Source of the DNA: Diadema antillarum
Taxonomy: Eukaryota
Direction: 5' to 3'
Assembly: GCF_040938485.1 (NCBI RefSeq)
Contig: NW_027270918.1
Location: forward strand, 6,138,001 to 6,202,000
Length of the DNA stretch: 64,000 nt
The translations under genes were made by a program, and so were the position numbers. Numbering within the stretch: position 1 is the stretch's first letter; each line of letters opens with the position of its first letter. The notes under the pieces are model-generated. The model was not told where the DNA came from, made no database searches, and saw nothing but the letters and a program-made list of their open reading frames with translations. Positions 62,031 to 64,000 of the stretch are shown one piece after another.

Positions 62031-64000
62031 AAGCCTGACAGATGTAGGTCTGGACATGTATGCCATACAAATGGAAATTCAGCAAGTATAATATAATTGT
62101 TTTGTTTTTTTCACTGACCCGCACGCACGCATACATGCACACACTCAGAAACACATCTAATTCGATCGATAAAAACATGTCAGAGCTCCGCGAGATAAAC
62201 TGTTGTACCTATCGATCGGTTCACTTCGAAAGCCTTATAAGAATATTATGCGGTTCGAATTGATATTCACCATACACTATTGTTTCCATATTACCAGGTT
62301 TATCAACTTGATGTTATTTTGAGCAGTGTTGTGGTGGGTGATCGAATGTTACCAACTTTACCCATTATAGATAATGACTATGCTACAATTTGGTATTTCA
62401 TCTAATCATTTTACATACAGGTTCAGTCACGCAACGTTGACATTTCTACCTCTTTATTTGTTTGTTTGTTTGTTTGTTTGTTTTTTCATAAGCATTGCTC
62501 TATACACAGACAAAGTGATAGAGGACATACAGAGAACGTTCACTTCTCACTTATCTTCAATAAATTTTCTGATTGCTGAATTAATTCATCCTATACTTTC
62601 CTCAAAGGAATAACACCCCCTCCAAACACGATCTCTGCTGGATCTTTTCTATTACCAACTAGTGTACTATGCATGTGATAGCTCATTTTGCAATTACCAT
62701 ACTGATCAGATGCATGCAAGCCGTGACGCTGAATAAATCCTTGTATAAAATCAGAGACTACATTTCTCGTTATCATGCACCAAGCAAATATAAATTCTCT
62801 CAACTTTTTTTTTAGTTCTAATAATTTTGATTTCTATTCTATAAATCTGTCAATAATTGCACAAAACAGCACCCTTTCTACGTGCCTGTGCCTACACATT
62901 CTTATAAAGGCTCGAGTACTAAAAGCAACCATACCGTGTGCAATATTGTGATGCTTATAAACATAGCCTTATGCAGGAATATCTTTGGGAGGCAAAATTA
63001 ATTGTGCTCAATATTTCGGGGGAACACACATGCGAGGAAGCGACCAAACGGGGGAGGTCGTTATGGAGGGGGTATGCACCCCCTCCCGACGCTCCCGACG
63101 AGGGAGCCTTTGAATTTTTAGGAATGAAAGTCAACAATTCGGTGTACACACTTTGGTGGAATATTTTGAAATTATCAATCTCAGTAATAAACATGAAAAT
63201 TCTATACAGGACAATATCAACAATTAATCGTTGTGTCTGTCAGTTCTTTTTCAGCGTGTGCATTTTTTTTTCTGCATGTTTGCTAATAAGCATTGATAAG
63301 TTTAGTGCAGATGGACCGAAGGGGAGGGGGGGGGGGGTGTCTACCCATCAATAGGATTGATGTGGTTTAACCCTCTGTGTGCTTCGAGTGACGATTAATG
63401 GCACAGAAATAGTGTTGCAAATATTGTCCAAAGCCCTTCATGGCACACAATATTATATCTCATTAAGGATTACTAAAAGTGGGTAGCTTACTATGGGACA
63501 TCTATTGAAGTAACCATGGCCTTTTTGTCGTGTTTTAAAACAAGATTATGATGAATTTGCTTATATCGACTTTTAATGTACATGCTGTAGTCTATCGGAA
63601 GAGAACTCACGTGACTGATTTTGCCATAGAGAAGTATTTCTAAGAGCATTCATCTCATGTAGTTGACAGGGCTGTGCGATACCAGACATCTCGAGTAACT
63701 CGGTTCTCTCCCTTGATTGAACGATGCTGCCAAATATTGTTTGCTCCCATTTTGAGAAATTGGTTGCTTTTAACCCAAATGAGATGAACATTAGCACTGA
63801 TTGTGATGAATTTTTGTACATTCTTTACAACTTACAAAATACATAGTTGTAACGGATTATAACATAATCTTAATATAATTTTGTTATATCATAGATTAGA
63901 TTACTAGTACTTCTTCGATTGCTTAATATACAAGGGCGTATAAGAATAACATTTGTAATAGATTGTGACAGATAACCTTCTTTCTTGCTTTGATTACAAT

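Overview
Intron-rich, AT-rich eukaryotic DNA. The gene style and repeat landscape suggest an invertebrate deuterostome, probably an echinoderm; this is inference, and no database was searched. Four host genes can be reconstructed by hand. POLR1C (minus strand, first four coding exons; the rest runs off the window start) lies head-to-head with a complete AP2S1 (plus strand, 142 aa). A 10-exon ARHGAP11A-like RhoGAP (minus strand, 1428 aa) converges on AP2S1. A single-exon aminergic, histamine H3/H4-like GPCR lies on the minus strand. The rest is dense in transposon relics. The best-supported unusual object is a 1.94-kb non-autonomous DIRS (tyrosine-recombinase) retrotransposon in the last RhoGAP intron. 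It has perfect terminal inverted repeats and a perfect internal complementary region, and a 7-bp AAAATAG at both ends that equals the predicted circle junction. It also carries a consensus splice donor in the host sense orientation 151 nt from the host acceptor. Other leads: three diverged copies of an unexplained, apparently structured motif in RhoGAP intron 1; a hairpin-rich GC island in the POLR1C/AP2S1 shared promoter; CAG-ended MITEs with 5-, 6- and 7-bp target duplications; a local cluster of five CACTA-type MITEs that includes a ~1.05-kb palindrome; and an orphan coding-like exon upstream of the GPCR. No CRISPR, rRNA or intact tRNA genes were seen. There is one 163-N gap.
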